A stretch of DNA of 64,000 bases from Takakia lepidozioides (lineage: Eukaryota > Plantae > Bryophyta): assembly GCA_030704615.1 (NCBI GenBank), contig CM060731.1:74338001-74402000 (forward strand), given 5' to 3'. Below are positions 10,894 through 23,299 of the stretch, piece by piece. Numbering within the stretch: the first letter of the stretch is position 1; each line of letters starts with the position of its first letter. The position numbers were made by a program, and so were the translations under genes. Below the pieces are notes generated by a model. That model searched no databases. It was not told the DNA's origin and was given only the letters and a program-made list of their open reading frames with translations.

Positions 10894-13800
10894 ATGCAAT
10901 CCTCGGCGAGAGAGCCGTCACGAGCTGCGGAGGGGGGAGTGAGGAGTGCGCGCGAGGGTGTCAGTTCGCCTCAATCAAAGGTGGTCGTCCTGGAGGGCTC
11001 CCCTGCTGCTAGCCCTAGTAAGAAACAGAAAGCCCGTGAGAGGGCAAAAGAGAGAGCAAAAGAACAGGCGAGACAGAATGCTAGCCAGGAGGAAAGAGAA
11101 AAGGCCACTGAAGAGGCCAGGGGTGCCCAAATGACAGATGCCAATGTAAGAGACGGTGGATCCCTCCAAGACACCACAAAGAGGCAGTAACACACCGGTT
11201 AGACCATCGCGGGCAAGAGCAGCCCCTGCAATTACCCATACGGTGGAGAGTGGAGGAGAGGAAAGAACACCAGAAAGAGCACGGATTGTGCCAGTTCGAG
11301 GTGAAGCCGGGGAGAGGGCAGTACAGACGGGGAGAGTGCTTGAGATGGTTTCGCCGGTGGCTGACCATGTTGAGGAGGACGACAGGGAGCTTTCTGACCA
11401 GGATGACATCCTCCCGGACATCCCCAGGCCCCAAACCCGCAGCATACAGGCTGGATTTGGCGGTCCTGGTGGGCTGCCGGAGAACCCCTCTGCAACAGAC
11501 GTCATGTCGGAGGCGGATATGAAGTTGGCCGCTGCCAATATGTTGGAGGCAACCCACAGCAACATTGGCAGGGTGCTGGGGGGCATGGTGTACCCGGCCA
11601 AGCTTCGGATTCCCCTTTGCCGCTTGGTGTCATTGCAGGTGGTGAGACCTGCCCTCCCAGGCGATATCGACAAGCTGAAATTCTCTTTCCGGGATGGATA
11701 TCGAATGGGGTCTGCCGCGTTTTACGTTTCCATTGAGAACGACCACGGAGCTTCCCGTGCCCACACTTCCGATGAGGTGGACAAATGGAGTCCCCATTGA
11801 CAAAGGCGAAATGAGGAGTTCGAGAGAACGATTGCTACTGATCCTCTTTTCCAGCACTTGTCCGGTAAGATGTTTTACGTGTGGGACGACAATCATCGCC
11901 TCCTGGCATGGATGGAGCACATAGCTGAAGCCCACCCCAACGACCTCGATTGGCATTTCGCCGTGGAGTGTGTTGTGCTGAAGGTTGCGGGGCCCAAAGA
12001 TTGCAGTCTTCTCAAAGCTGCAATGGCGGACATCAACTCGTAAGTTACAACGCCTCTTGCTTTTGGACCCATCTGATTGTAAGTCATTTCATTGCGAATC
12101 CTCATATTTGTTGAAAATTCCCATTTCAGTATTGTTTGATGGAAATGTGGCATTGCAGGGTGACTGAGAATGCCTTCATTACCACCAACTTGTCCCATAT
12201 GCTCTTCCGAGTGAAGGATGTTGGGAAGCAGGGGGTGCAAGAGTTTGCCAATTCGCTCAGTGCCGACCTCCTGCGCAAGTTGGAGGCAAAGGCAGACAGA
12301 ACCTGGTATAGGCTGAGCATGGACGCCATGGTGGACTACATATTTCGGGTAAAGCTCCTCACTGTTTTGTTGAGCTAATGTGTCTCTCCTCCCCCAATAG
12401 AACAAAAAGTGTTGAGTAGGATCTCTAATCTTATGTGCACATTCTTGACAGATGAAAAATCAGCAGGATTTGGCACATGCGCAGAGGTTCTACATAGAGT
12501 CAAAGGAGAAGAATCTAACCCTCCCGGCACTCGAATCGTATCTCAAAGCTGCGGAGGCCAGGGCCCGCATAAAGTACAAGTTGCGGACGGTAAAGTACGT
12601 GGCCATAGCTGATCCCGCCCTTGGTGCCGACTTTCTGGTGGAGGTGGGGAAGCACTACTCCCGCGCTCTGAAGCCCACGATGACATTGGAGAAGCTCCAT
12701 CGTCTAGCCACATCCTGTGTGGATGCAACATAAAAGGTGATACATTCTTAACCAAATTGTGGTGGCAACAACTCGTTTTTGTGGTGTTTGGCGCTTACGA
12801 ATATGCTGTGTGGTTGGACAGACCCGGTGGCTCCAAATCTGGAATGGTTCCCAAAGTACAAGGAACATGTGGAGCTTCCCCAAACCGGACAAACTGTCTG
12901 ACCCCACATTCGACATGTGGATGAACCGCATGACATGGTGGTTTCAGGTACTTCCCCACGCTTCGTTTGGCGCTTCTACTCTTGTAGGGGGTGGATTCAT
13001 TGTATTTTTTGAGGAAAGCGATCTGATGGAGAATCTCCACAGGTGACGACGAATGCGCAAGAGCAGCTAGACACACAAGCACATCAGTTCAAGATGGAGA
13101 TTTCTCTTGCAGCAGAGAGCCTACGCGACTATGTGACGAGGTACTTTCTGCTCTTCAAAACCGACCTTTTCTTTCGGGAGATACCCCATGCCCGCCGGAG
13201 CCACGAGTTCACCGACCAGCCGAACGCGGACAAAGCAGCAATGCGCCTTCTGTACAGGTACATACGCGATGCCTTCCTTTCATGTCCTTGCATTTCAGGA
13301 TGTTAGAGGCCTCATGTGGCGCATGAAAATTGGTCTTTGGGAAAATGGCGCCGAATTTCCAGTTCAGGGCTCCGAAAATGGCTAAGTCCCTAGGGTGCCT
13401 GGCCCTGAACTGGAAATTCGGCGCCATTTTTCCAGTTCAAGGCCATATTACCGTTCTGGGACTTAGCCATTTTCGGGCCGGAAATGGGAAAATGGCGCCG
13501 AATTTCCAGTTCAGGGCTCCGAAAATGGCTAAGTCCCTAGGGTGGTTGGCCCTGAACTGGAAATTCGGTGCCATTTTTCCAGTTCTAGGCCCTATTACCG
13601 TTCTGGGACTTAGCCATTTTCGGGCCGGAAATGGGAAAATGGCGCCGAATTTCCAGTTCAGGGCTCTGAAAATGGCTAAGTCCCTAGGGTGGCTGGCCCT
13701 GAACTGGAAATTCGGCGCCATTTTTCCAGTTCTAGGCCCTATTACCGTTCTGGGACTTAGCCATTTTTGGGCCGGACCAGGGAAAATGGCGCCGAATTTC

Positions 13801-16325
13801 CAGTTCAGGGCTCCGAAAATGGCTAAGTCCCTAGGGTGGCTGGCACAAAAAACCGAAATTCGGCGCCATTTTTCGAGTTTTAGGCCCTGGCAGTTTTGGA
13901 ACTTAGCCATTTTCAGGCCAAACCGGGAAAAATGGCGCCGAATTTCCAGTTCCAAGCTCCCAAGATGGCTAAGTCCCTAGGGTGGCAGTCACCGAAAACC
14001 CGAAATTCGGCGCCATTTTTCCATTTCTAGGCCCAGTCAGATCTGCCCCAACTTGGGAAAATGGTGCCGAATTTGCAGTTCAGGGACCTCATTGTGTTTT
14101 TCATGAATGCAGGTACTGCAAGTTCTCCCTTTTGGAGAAAGGTCATCTGTCTTTCGAGCCACCATTCTTCCTGGCATGGAGGAACCCTGGGGCTGACTCC
14201 ATGTACACTGACGATATTGTGAAGGAGTGGCATCTGGAACATTTGCGTGATTGCCCTTGGTATGTGGACCTTCCGCCCGGCTCGCTCGACCCATCCGAGT
14301 TTCAATTGAAGCTGGATGCTGAGGCCCGACGAAACCGGGCTCCGCTGCCTCCGCTGGGTCCAAAAGAGGCAAAAGCGCTTGCAAACTCCAGGAAAGCGGC
14401 AGAGCTTGCTCAGGCAGGAATTCAAGAGAAATTGAATGAGAAGAATAAAGGCCAAAGGAAAAGGACAAGGAAACAGGTGAGTACAGTAACACCCAAAAAA
14501 CAGAAAACCATCGGGGCATCGGAGGAGGCGCAAGAGGGGACCCAAGGGAGTGACTCGGACGACAACTTTGTTCAAGGTCCTGTGACTGCTGTTGCTGCTA
14601 CCAAGTCACCGGTCGTCCGGGTTCCCAAGTCAGTTCGGAGTGGGACTGGCTCTGCCAAGAAGTTGGCATTTGAGGGCGAGCCTACACGGCGGTATTCGGC
14701 GGTGACGTTTACGCACAGGCCAAAGCTAGAACCTCCAACCATCATCCAATGCGTCAATGAGAGCTTCCTTGACGCTCTCGCTGCCAGGGCGAAGAAGGTG
14801 GCACACAACAAGTCTTTGGCAGAGCAGAAGGGGAAAGCCAAGAAGAGGGCTGCCGGTACAGAGCCTAAAGACACCCCTGGTTTTGAAGCCATGATGGAAT
14901 TCTTCACGGCTGTGAGCAGGGATTGCAAGAGCACTCGGGGGGGGGGGTTGAGGTGGAGAGAGCTTGCGATATGATTCTCCTCGACATTCTAGATGGGGAG
15001 CTGCTGGAGGGCCTGGATGGTGTGCCCACCTGGAACAGGTTTACTGAGGACTACTGGAAAGCCGGGTTTGGGCTGGCGGGGATGCTCCTGGATGACGGTG
15101 GATGTGTGGTTGTCCTTGCCACAAGAGGGAAGACCACAGAGAATGCGGTGGCAAGATGGACACCGAAAAGTGTCACCCCGGTCCTCCTCAGAAAATGGTT
15201 CTGCATCAATACACATGGGTTGCGAACAGAGGGCCAAAGTGTAAGTTATCAATCTATTGCATTCACCTCATATTGTGGTGTATCTAAACTAGATCCCGGA
15301 GTTGATCCCTCTTTTGTTGGATGTGCAGACATTGGTGTTTGAGGCATATTGCTTTGTGAAGAGAGGGTCTACGTTCAAATTCCGCAACGACGGTCGTCTT
15401 GTTGATGCCGCTGTGGACCCTGTTACCTACGATGTCCTCTACAACTATGTGCCCCACTCCAGTATGCCGAAGGACACAAAGACAGGCAAACCGTGGCGGT
15501 ACAGCCGGACCCGGAGCCCTGCTTTCATCCAAACCCTCATGGAGACGTGCTCGGATGTCCAAGGGCGGATTTTGGACTTCACATGCGGCACGGGTAAGCC
15601 TTCACGTGCTCAGTTTGTCCCCTGGCCCGATTGCAATTGCATGCCGCAAGCTATTAACCGCCCGCTTTGTTCCTCAGGTGCTTCAATGTGGGTAGGGACG
15701 TTGTCTGACAGGCATGTGTTCGCCTTCGAGCCAGATACTGCCCTCCACAACTCGGAACTTGCAGCGGCTGAACGTCTGCCAAAAGAGGAAGAGGCATCCT
15801 CGGAGGATGAGGAAAAATCCGAGAAGGAGCAGGGGGAGGAAGTTGGGATCGAGGCCGAGGAGCCCCCGGTTTACGAGTGAGTGGTGGCATTGTAAGTTGC
15901 CTCTAGATTTCGTGAGGCACCTCCCTCCGCTCTCTTATTTCATTGAAAACCCTTTCTGGTTGTGCTGGTATTGACATTCTTGAAGTGGATTTGTTCTTAC
16001 TGTAGGATGCCAAGTACTGCCGGAGGGACGTCTACACCGGAGTTCATGGGCAGGAGGAACGTGCCTTTTTTTGCCAGGGGGGATTTCATGCCTAGTCCAG
16101 AAAGGGACTACATCCTTCCTACTTATGCTGCCCGGCTTGCTTCGGTGTCCATTAGGAGGTGTTCTCGAACCTAGTGGGGGAGAAGAGGCAGAAGATTCCC
16201 AGGAGGTGAGGTGGACAGTCCCCCAAGGAGAGGACGACATTTTTGAGAGGCATACTGCAACCGATGCATCACAGAGCTCGGAGGATGGGGGGATGAGGGA
16301 AAGTCAAGTTCCTCGGAAGGTGTAG
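10894..16325 (+). pseudogene. MULE cargo gene: ParB/Srx-like domain fused to beta-class N6A/N4C methyltransferase-like domain (nine coding exons, disabled)
   Basis: Phase-consistent GT-AG exons: 10853/10894-12039, 12159-12348, 12452-12736, 12822-12947, 13043-13257, 14113-15240, 15329-15593, 15678-15876, 16006-about 16325. Motifs: FYVWDDNHRLLAW (ParB-like DGxHR), CDMILLDILDG (motif-IV position), RSPAFIQTLMETCS..GRILDFTCGTGAS..RHVFAFEPD (motifs X, I, II). Lesions: 14-bp deletion near 11150, TGA 11798, TAA 12731, G-run frameshift near 14940. Confidence 0.8.
13341..14080. repeat. Intronic 147-bp tandem repeat (about 5 units), each holding an inverted pair of the GGCGCC motif
   Basis: GAAAATGGCGCCGAATTTCC starts at 13341, 13488, 13635, 13782 and about 13929; lies within intron 13258-14112. 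Confidence 0.92.
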
Positions 16326-16544
16326 GAGAGTAGTTCCCATTCCTGCTATGACAATTAGGACACATTTGTATAGACGTGGCTTGCCACAAATTTTGCAATA
16401 AAATGTTGCATTTCATTGCTATGACGAGTCCACATGACCCTATTTCCGTGCCTCCTAACCCTATTTCCGTGGACAGACAATGGCCCGCTCATGTTTTTTT
16501 TTTTTCCCGCTCATGCTCATGCCGCTCATGAAATAGCAGCCCCC

Positions 16545-19321
16545 TGCAAAATGTGGGTGCATCGGGGATGCAAAGGGAGTGTTCAACACTATGGCTAAAC
16601 GAGTGGAGTGCGATGCTTGCAGGGTATGCATAACAGGGACGTGGGATGGAGGCTTTGGAGACCTATGAGCAAATGATGGGGGAAGGGGTCCAGCCCGGCC
16701 ACATTATGTTTGTATGCATTGCAGGCTTGGCAGCTCTGGAGAAGGGCAAAGAGGTGCATGGGGATATCATCAAAGCTGGAATTGTACCTAATGTCATTCC
16801 ATACACTGCCCTGACAGTTCCATGGTGACACCTTCAGAGCTGGAATTGTACCAAATGTCATTTTGAACAATACCCTAGTGGACATGTATGCAAAATGTGG
16901 GTGCATCGAGGATGCAAAGGGAGTGTTCAACACTATGGCTGAACGGAATGTGGTGTCGTGGAGTGCGATGCTTGCAGGGTATGCAAAGCAGGGACATGGG
17001 ATGGAGGCTTTGGAGACCTATGAGCAACTGATGGGGGAAGGGGTTCAGCCCGGCCACATCATGTTTGTATGCATTGCAGGCCTGGCAGCCCTGGAGAAGG
17101 GCAAAGAGGTGCATGGGGATATCATCAAAGCTGGAATTGTACTGCCCTGGCAGCTCTGGAAAAAAGGAAGGAGGTCCATGGTGACACCTTCAGAGCTGGA
17201 ATTGTACCAAATGTCATTTTGAACAATACCCTAGTGGATATGTAGGCAAAATGTGGGTGCATCGGGGATGCAAAGGGAGTGTTCAACACTATGGCTGAAC
17301 GAGATGTGGTGTCATGGAGTGCGATGCTTGCAGGGTATGCACAACAGGGACATGGGATGGAGGCTTTGGAGACCTATGAGCAAATGATGGGGAAAGGGGT
17401 CCAGCCCAGCCACATCAAGTTTGTATGCACTGTAGGCCTGGCAGCCCTGGAGAAGGGTAAAGAGGTGCATGGGGATATCATCAAAGCTGGAATTGTACCT
17501 AATGTCATTCCATACACTGCCCTGGCAGCTCTGGAAAAGGGGAAGGAGGTCCGTGGTGACATCTTCAGAGCTGGAATTGTACCAAATCTCATTCTGAACA
17601 ATACCCTAGTGGACATGTATGCAAAATGTGGGTGCATTGGGGATGCAAAGGGAGTGTTCAACACTATGGCTAAACGAGATGTGGTGTCGTGGAGTGCGAT
17701 GCTTGCAGGGTATGCACAACAGGGACGTGGGATGGAGGCTTTGGAGACCTATGAGTAACTGAAGGGGGAAGGGGTCCAGCCCGGCCACATCATGTTTGTA
17801 TGCATTGCAAGCCTGGTAGCCCTAGAGAAGGGCAAAGAGGTGCATGGGGATATCATCAAAGCTGGAATTGTACCTAATGTCATTCGCAACACTGCCCTAG
17901 CAGCTCTGGAAAAGGGGAAGGAGGTCCATGGTGACACCTTCAGAGCTGGAATTGTACCAAATGTCATTTTGAACAATACCCTAGTGGATATGTAGGCAAA
18001 ATGTGGGTGCATCGGGGATGCAAAGGGAGTGTTCAACACTATGGCTGAATGACATGTGGTGTTGTGGAGTGCGATGCTTGCAGGGTATGCACAATAGGGA
18101 CATGGGATGGAGGCTTTGGAGACCTATGAGCAAATGATGGGGAAAGGGGTCCAGCCCAGCCATATCATGTTTGTATGCACTGTAGGCCTGGCAGCCCTGA
18201 AGAAGGGTAAAGAGGCGCATGGGGATATCATCAAAGCTGGAATTGTACCTAATGTCATTCCATACACTGCCCTGGCAGCTCTGGAAAAGGGGAAGGAGGT
18301 CGGTGGTGAAATCTTCAGAGCTGGAATTGTACCAAATGTGATTCTGAACAATACCCTAGTGGACATGTATGCAAAATGTGGGTGCATTGGGGATGCAAGG
18401 GAGTGTTCAACACTATGGCTAAACGAGATGTGGTGTCGTGGAGTGCGATGCTTGCAGGGTATGCACAACAGGGACGTGGGATGGAGGCTTTGGAGACCTA
18501 TGAGTAACTGAAGGGGGAAGGGGTCCAGCCCGGCCACATCATGTTTGTATGCATTGCAAGCCTGGCAGCCCTGGAGAAGGGCAAAGAGGTGCATGGGGAT
18601 ATCATCAAAGCTAGAATTGTACCTAATGTCATTCGAAACACTGCCCTAGCAGCTCTGGAAAAGGGGAAAGAGGTCCATGGTGACACCTTCAGAGCTGGAA
18701 TTGTACCAAATGTCATTTTGAACAATACCCTAGTGGATATGTAGGCAAAATGCGGGTGCATCGGGGATGCAAAGGGAGCGTTCAACACTATGGCTGAACG
18801 AGATGTGGTGTCGTGGAGTGCGATGCTTGCAGGGTATGCACAGCAGGGATGTGGGATGGAGGCTTTGGAGAGCTATGAACAAATGATGGGGGAAGAGGTT
18901 CAGCCCGGCCACATCATGTTTGTATTCATTTCACGCCTGGCAGCCCTGGAGAAGGGCAAATAGATGCATGGGGATATCATCAAAGCTGGAATTGTACCTA
19001 ATGTCATTCGAAACACTGCCCTGGCAGCTCTGGAAAAGGGGAAGGAGGTCCATGGTGACACCTTCAGAGCTGGAATTGTACCAAATGTCATTTTGAACAA
19101 TACCCTAGTGGACATGTAGGCAAAATGTGGGTGCATCGGGGATGCAAAAGGAGTGTTCAACACTATGGCTGAACGAGATGTGGTGTCATGGAGTGCGATG
19201 CTTGCAGGGTATGCACAGCAGGGACGTGGGATGGAGGCTTGGAGACCTATGAGCAAATGATGGGGGAAGGGGTTCAGCCCGCCCACATCATGTTTGTGTG
19301 CATTGCAGGCCTGGCAGCCCT
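16545..19321 (+). pseudogene. Tandem array of near-identical 375-bp PLS-PPR units with premature stops
   Basis: ATGTA(T/G)GCAAAA at 17240, 17615, 17990, 18365, 18739, 19114; stops TAG, TAA, TGA. Confidence 0.92.
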
Positions 19322-19399
19322 GATTTAAATCAGGCACCTCAACCATACCACAACTTCTAAAAGAGGATCAAGAGAGGGAGTCCATAATGCCTCTTCTTG

Positions 19400-19640
19400 C
19401 TCTTTTGGGCATGTGAAGATGCTTTGTGAGGCAGGCAGACTGAAAGAGGCTCTACAACCTTTAAACCAAGGAGCATTTCAGTCACATTATCCAAAGTGGA
19501 TTCACACCAAGTGTTTTTCTCCTCAACCCCCTTGTGAACATGTATGTTAAGTGCATGAGCATCATGAATGCACACCTAGTGTTCAACGGAATGCCTCAAC
19601 GAACTTTGATCACGTTGAATATAATGTTGGCAGGATTTAA
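19400..19640 (+). pseudogene. N-terminal part of another PPR gene
   Basis: LCEAGRLKEALQ, then VFNGMPQRTLIT.NIMLAG, paralogous to positions 15-90. Confidence 0.6.
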
Positions 19641-19654
19641 CATGGGTGTGGTGC

Positions 19655-20135
19655 CTGGAACTGGAAAATGGCGCCGAATTTCCAGTTCAGGGCCAGGCAG
19701 TCTAGGGACTTAGCCCGAAAATGGCTAAGTCCCTGAACGGCAATAGGGCCTCGAACTGGAAAATGGCGCCGAATTTCCAGTTCTGGGCCAGCCACCCTAG
19801 GGACTTAGCCCGAAAATGGCTAAGTCCCTGAACGGCAATAGGGCCTGGAACTGGAAAATGGCGCCGAATTTCCAGTTCAGGGCCAGCCACCCTAGGGACT
19901 TAGCCCGAAAATGGCCAAGTCCCTGAACGGCAATAGGGCCTCGAACTGGAAAATGGCGCCGAATTTCGAGTTCCGGGCCAGCCAGTCTAGGGACTTAGCC
20001 CGAAAATGGCCAAGTCCCTGAACGGCAATAGGGCCTGGAACTGGAAAATGGCGCCGAATTTCCAGTTCAGGGCCAGCCAGTCTAGGGACTTAGCCATTTT
20101 CGGAGCCCTGACTGGAAATTCGGCGCCATTTTCCC
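19655..20135. repeat. Intronic 95-bp tandem repeat (5 units) with GGCGCC motif
   Basis: CTGGAAAATGGCGCCGAATTT at 19661, 19756, 19851, 19946, 20041. Confidence 0.92.
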
Positions 20136-20202
20136 TAACACCACATGAGGCCTCTAACATCCTGAAATGCAAGGACTTGAAAGAAAGGCAGCGCGTATGT
20201 AC

Positions 20203-22575
20203 CTGTACAGAAGGCGCATTGCTGCTTTGTCCGCGTTCGGCTGGTCGGTGGACTCGTGGCTCCGGCGAGCATCTGCTATCTCCCGAAAGAATAGGTTGGT
20301 TTTGTATTGCAGAAAGTACCTCGTCACATAGTCACGTAGGCTCTCTGCTGCAGGAGATATCTCCATCTTGAACTGATGTGCTTGTGTGTCCAGCTGCTCT
20401 TGCGCATTCGTCGTCACCTTTGGAGATTCTCCATCAGATCGCTTTCCTGAAAAAATACAATGAATCCACCCCCTACTAGAGTAGAAGCCCCAAACGAAGC
20501 ATGGGGAAGTACCTCCACCATGTCATGCGGTTCATCCACATGTCGAATGTGGGGTCAGACAGTTTGTCCGGTTTGGGGAAGCTCCACATGTCCCTGGTAC
20601 TTTGGGAACCATTCCAGATTTGGAGCCACCGGGTCTGTCCAACCACCCAGCATATTCGTAAGCGCCAAACACCACAAGAAGGAGTTGTTGCCACCACAAT
20701 TTGGTTAAGAATGTATCACCTTTTCTGTTGCATCCACACAGGATGTGGCTAGACGATGGAGCTTCTCCAATGTCATCGTGGGCTTCAGAGCGCGAGAGTA
20801 GTGCTTCCCCACCTCCACCAGAAAGTCGGCACCAAGGGCGGGATCAGCTATGGCCACGTACTTTACCATCCGCGACTTGTACTTTATGCGGGCCCTCACC
20901 TCCGCAGTTTTGACATACGATTCGAGTTCCGGGAGGGTTGGATTCTTCTCCTCTGACTCCATGTAGAACCTCCGCGCATGTGCCAAATCCTGCTGTATTT
21001 TCGTCTGTCAAGAATGCGCACATAAGATTAGAGATCCTGCTCAACACAATTTCTTCTATTGGGGGAGGAGAGACAGATTAGCTCAACAAAACTGTCAGGA
21101 GCTTTACCCGAAATATGTAGTCCACCATAGCATCGACGCTCAGCCTATACCAGGTTCTGTCTGCCTTTGCCTCCGACTTGCGCAGGAGGTCGGCACTGAG
21201 GGAATTGGCAAACTCTTGCACCCCCTGCTTCCCGACATCCTTCACTCGGAAGAGCATATGGGACAAGTTGGTGGCAATGAAGGCATTCTCAGTCACCCTG
21301 CAGTGCCACATTTCCATCAAACAATACTGAAATGGGAATTTCCATCATATATGAGGATTCGCAATGAAATGACTTCCAAATTCAAAGTCCAAAAGCGAGA
21401 GGGGTTGTAGCTTACGAGTTGATGTCGGCCATTGCAGCTTTGAGAAGACTGCGATCTTTGGGCCCCGCAACCTTCAGCACAACACAATCCACGGCGAAAT
21501 GCCAATCGAGGTCGTTGGGGTGGGCTTGGGCAATGTGCTCCATCCATGCCAGGAGGCGATGATTGTCGTCCCACACGTAGAACATCTTACCGGACAAGTG
21601 CTGGAAAAGAGGATCACTAGCAATCGATCTCTCGAACTCCTCATTTCGCGTTTGCCAATGGGGACCCCATTTGTCCACCTCATCGGAAGTGTGGGCACGG
21701 GAAGCTCCGTGGTCGTTCTCAATGGAAACGTAAAACGCGGCAGACCCCATTTGATATCCATCCCGGAAAGAGAATTTCAGCTTGTCGATATCGCCTGGGA
21801 GGGCAGGTCTCACCACCTGCAATGACACCAAGCGGCAAAGAGGAATTCGAAGCTTGGCCGGGTACACCATGCCCCCCAGCACCCTGCCAATGTTGCTGTG
21901 GGTTGCCTCCAACATCTTGGCAGCGGCCAACTTCATATCCGCCTCAGACATGACGTCTGCTGCAGAGGGGTTTTCCGGCAGCCCAGCAGGACCGCCAAAT
22001 CCAGCCTGTATGCTCCGGGTTTGGGGCCTAGGGATGTCCGGGAGGATGTCATCCTGGTCAGAAAGCTCCCTGTCGTCCTCCTCAACAGGGTCAGCCACCT
22101 GCGAAACCACCTCCAGCACTCTCCCCGTCTCTACTGCCCTCTCCCTGGCTTCACCTCGAACTTGCACAATCCGTGCTCTTTCAGGTGTTCTTTCCTCTCC
22201 TCCACTCTCCACCGTATGGGTGATTGCAGGGGCTGCTCTTGCCCGCGATGGTCTAACCGGTGTGTTACTGCCTCTTTGTGGTGTCTTGGAGGGATCCACC
22301 GTCTCTGTGCGTCCCTCGCTTACATTGGCATCTGTCATTTGGGCACCCCTGGCCTCTTCAGCTGCCTTTTCTCTTTCCTCCTGGCTAGCATTCTGTCTCG
22401 TCTGTTCTTTTGCCCTCTCTTTTGCCCTCTCACGGGCTTTCTGTTTCTTACTAGGGCTAGCAGCAGGGGAGCCCTCCAGGACGACCACCTTTGATTGAGG
22501 CGAACTGACACCCTCGCGCGCACTACTCACTCCCCCCTCCGCAGCCCGTGACGGCTCTCTCGCCGGGGATTGCAT
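20203..22575 (-). pseudogene. Cargo gene copy B: ParB-like 5' half (methyltransferase exons lost)
   Basis: ORFs 21412..22794, 21078..21320, 20705..20986, 20476..20697, 20154..20417 match copy A exons; this copy reads through the positions where A has TGA, TAA and the 14-bp deletion. Confidence 0.85.
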
Positions 22576-23299
22576 GTGCTTAGCTTTCTTCTTTTTCTTT
22601 GCGTGGGCGGGCCCTACTGCATGTGCATGAACAATCGTGTAGCAAAAATGAAAACATAACAAGTTTAGGAAGTATGGAGAGCCATGCAACAACAATGAAA
22701 ACAAATGCAACCATTGCCTGAGAATGACATGCACAAGCAGCCTTCTCCAGAGCTGCCGGATTTGCACACGCATTGCAAACAATCTAAGGTTCACTCAACT
22801 ATCTAAAGTTCACTCATCCAGCGAAGCCAGGATGAAGATGCAAAAACAAAGCGAGGTAACAAAGCGAAAGCAAAAAAGAAATCGAACAAACCGAAAGCAG
22901 AAGTGGCTTGCCTGAGAGTACTCGGCTTCAGTTGGCGCGGGTTTTGAGCAAGACACTGGAATCTCCTGCTGGAGCTTCAGTTTGGCCATGCGAGAGATTG
23001 GCCGTCGTCCGTAGTACAGAGCTTTCAACTTCCGCCGCGGTCTGGATGTGAGGTCTCTCTCAGGAGAGCCACGCCCTTCAAGCGGCATAAGTCCCAGACA
23101 AAAAGATCTCATTTTTTGGGGTACATGCCTCGAATAGCATGTTAAGCCAAGATTAGCATGAGATTAAGGGTACGTATCCAGGAAGCCATGCGGCGCCAGC
23201 CCGAATGAAAACCGACGGCGGTCGACATTTATTGCCCAACTGCGCAATTAAATGTCGGATGAAGCCCTCCATGTCGGATGAAAATCGACGTAAACAGGC

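Larger units (their letters stand above)
8221..16544 (-). mobile_element. Mutator-like element copy A (internally deleted, both ends present; strand is that of the transposase)
   Basis: 9-bp TSD TGCAAAATG at 8212-8220 and 16545-16553; imperfect terminal inverted repeats AAGGTTAGCTATTTCATGAGC / GCTCATGAAATAGCAGCCCCC; SWIM-containing transposase remnant. Confidence 0.93.

Noticed and set aside
13330-13980. ORFs with MAPNFQFRA / KWRRIS repeats (also 8331-9002 and 28072-28765)
   Set aside because: Translations of non-coding tandem repeats; 13330-13980 lies within a phase-consistent intron.
13341-14080. CRISPR-like interpretation of the palindromic repeat arrays (also 19655-20135 and 23300-23850)
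   Set aside because: Intervening sequences are themselves repeated rather than unique spacers, no cas genes are present, and the context is a eukaryotic transposon.
17240-19120. Premature stops in PPR units as sites repaired by U-to-C RNA editing
   Set aside because: These are nuclear sequences, TAT-to-TAG cannot be restored to Tyr by U-to-C, and frameshifts are also present.
21782-22498. Long antisense ORFs over the cargo gene and transposase (also 10975..11673 and 25101..25799)
   Set aside because: Shadow frames of GC-rich coding sequence.
22810-23112. ORF as coding first exon of the cargo gene
   Set aside because: The only plausible donor (CAG|GCAAG) is out of phase with the next exon; treated as probable 5' UTR, with start at MQS (22575 in B, 10894 in A).
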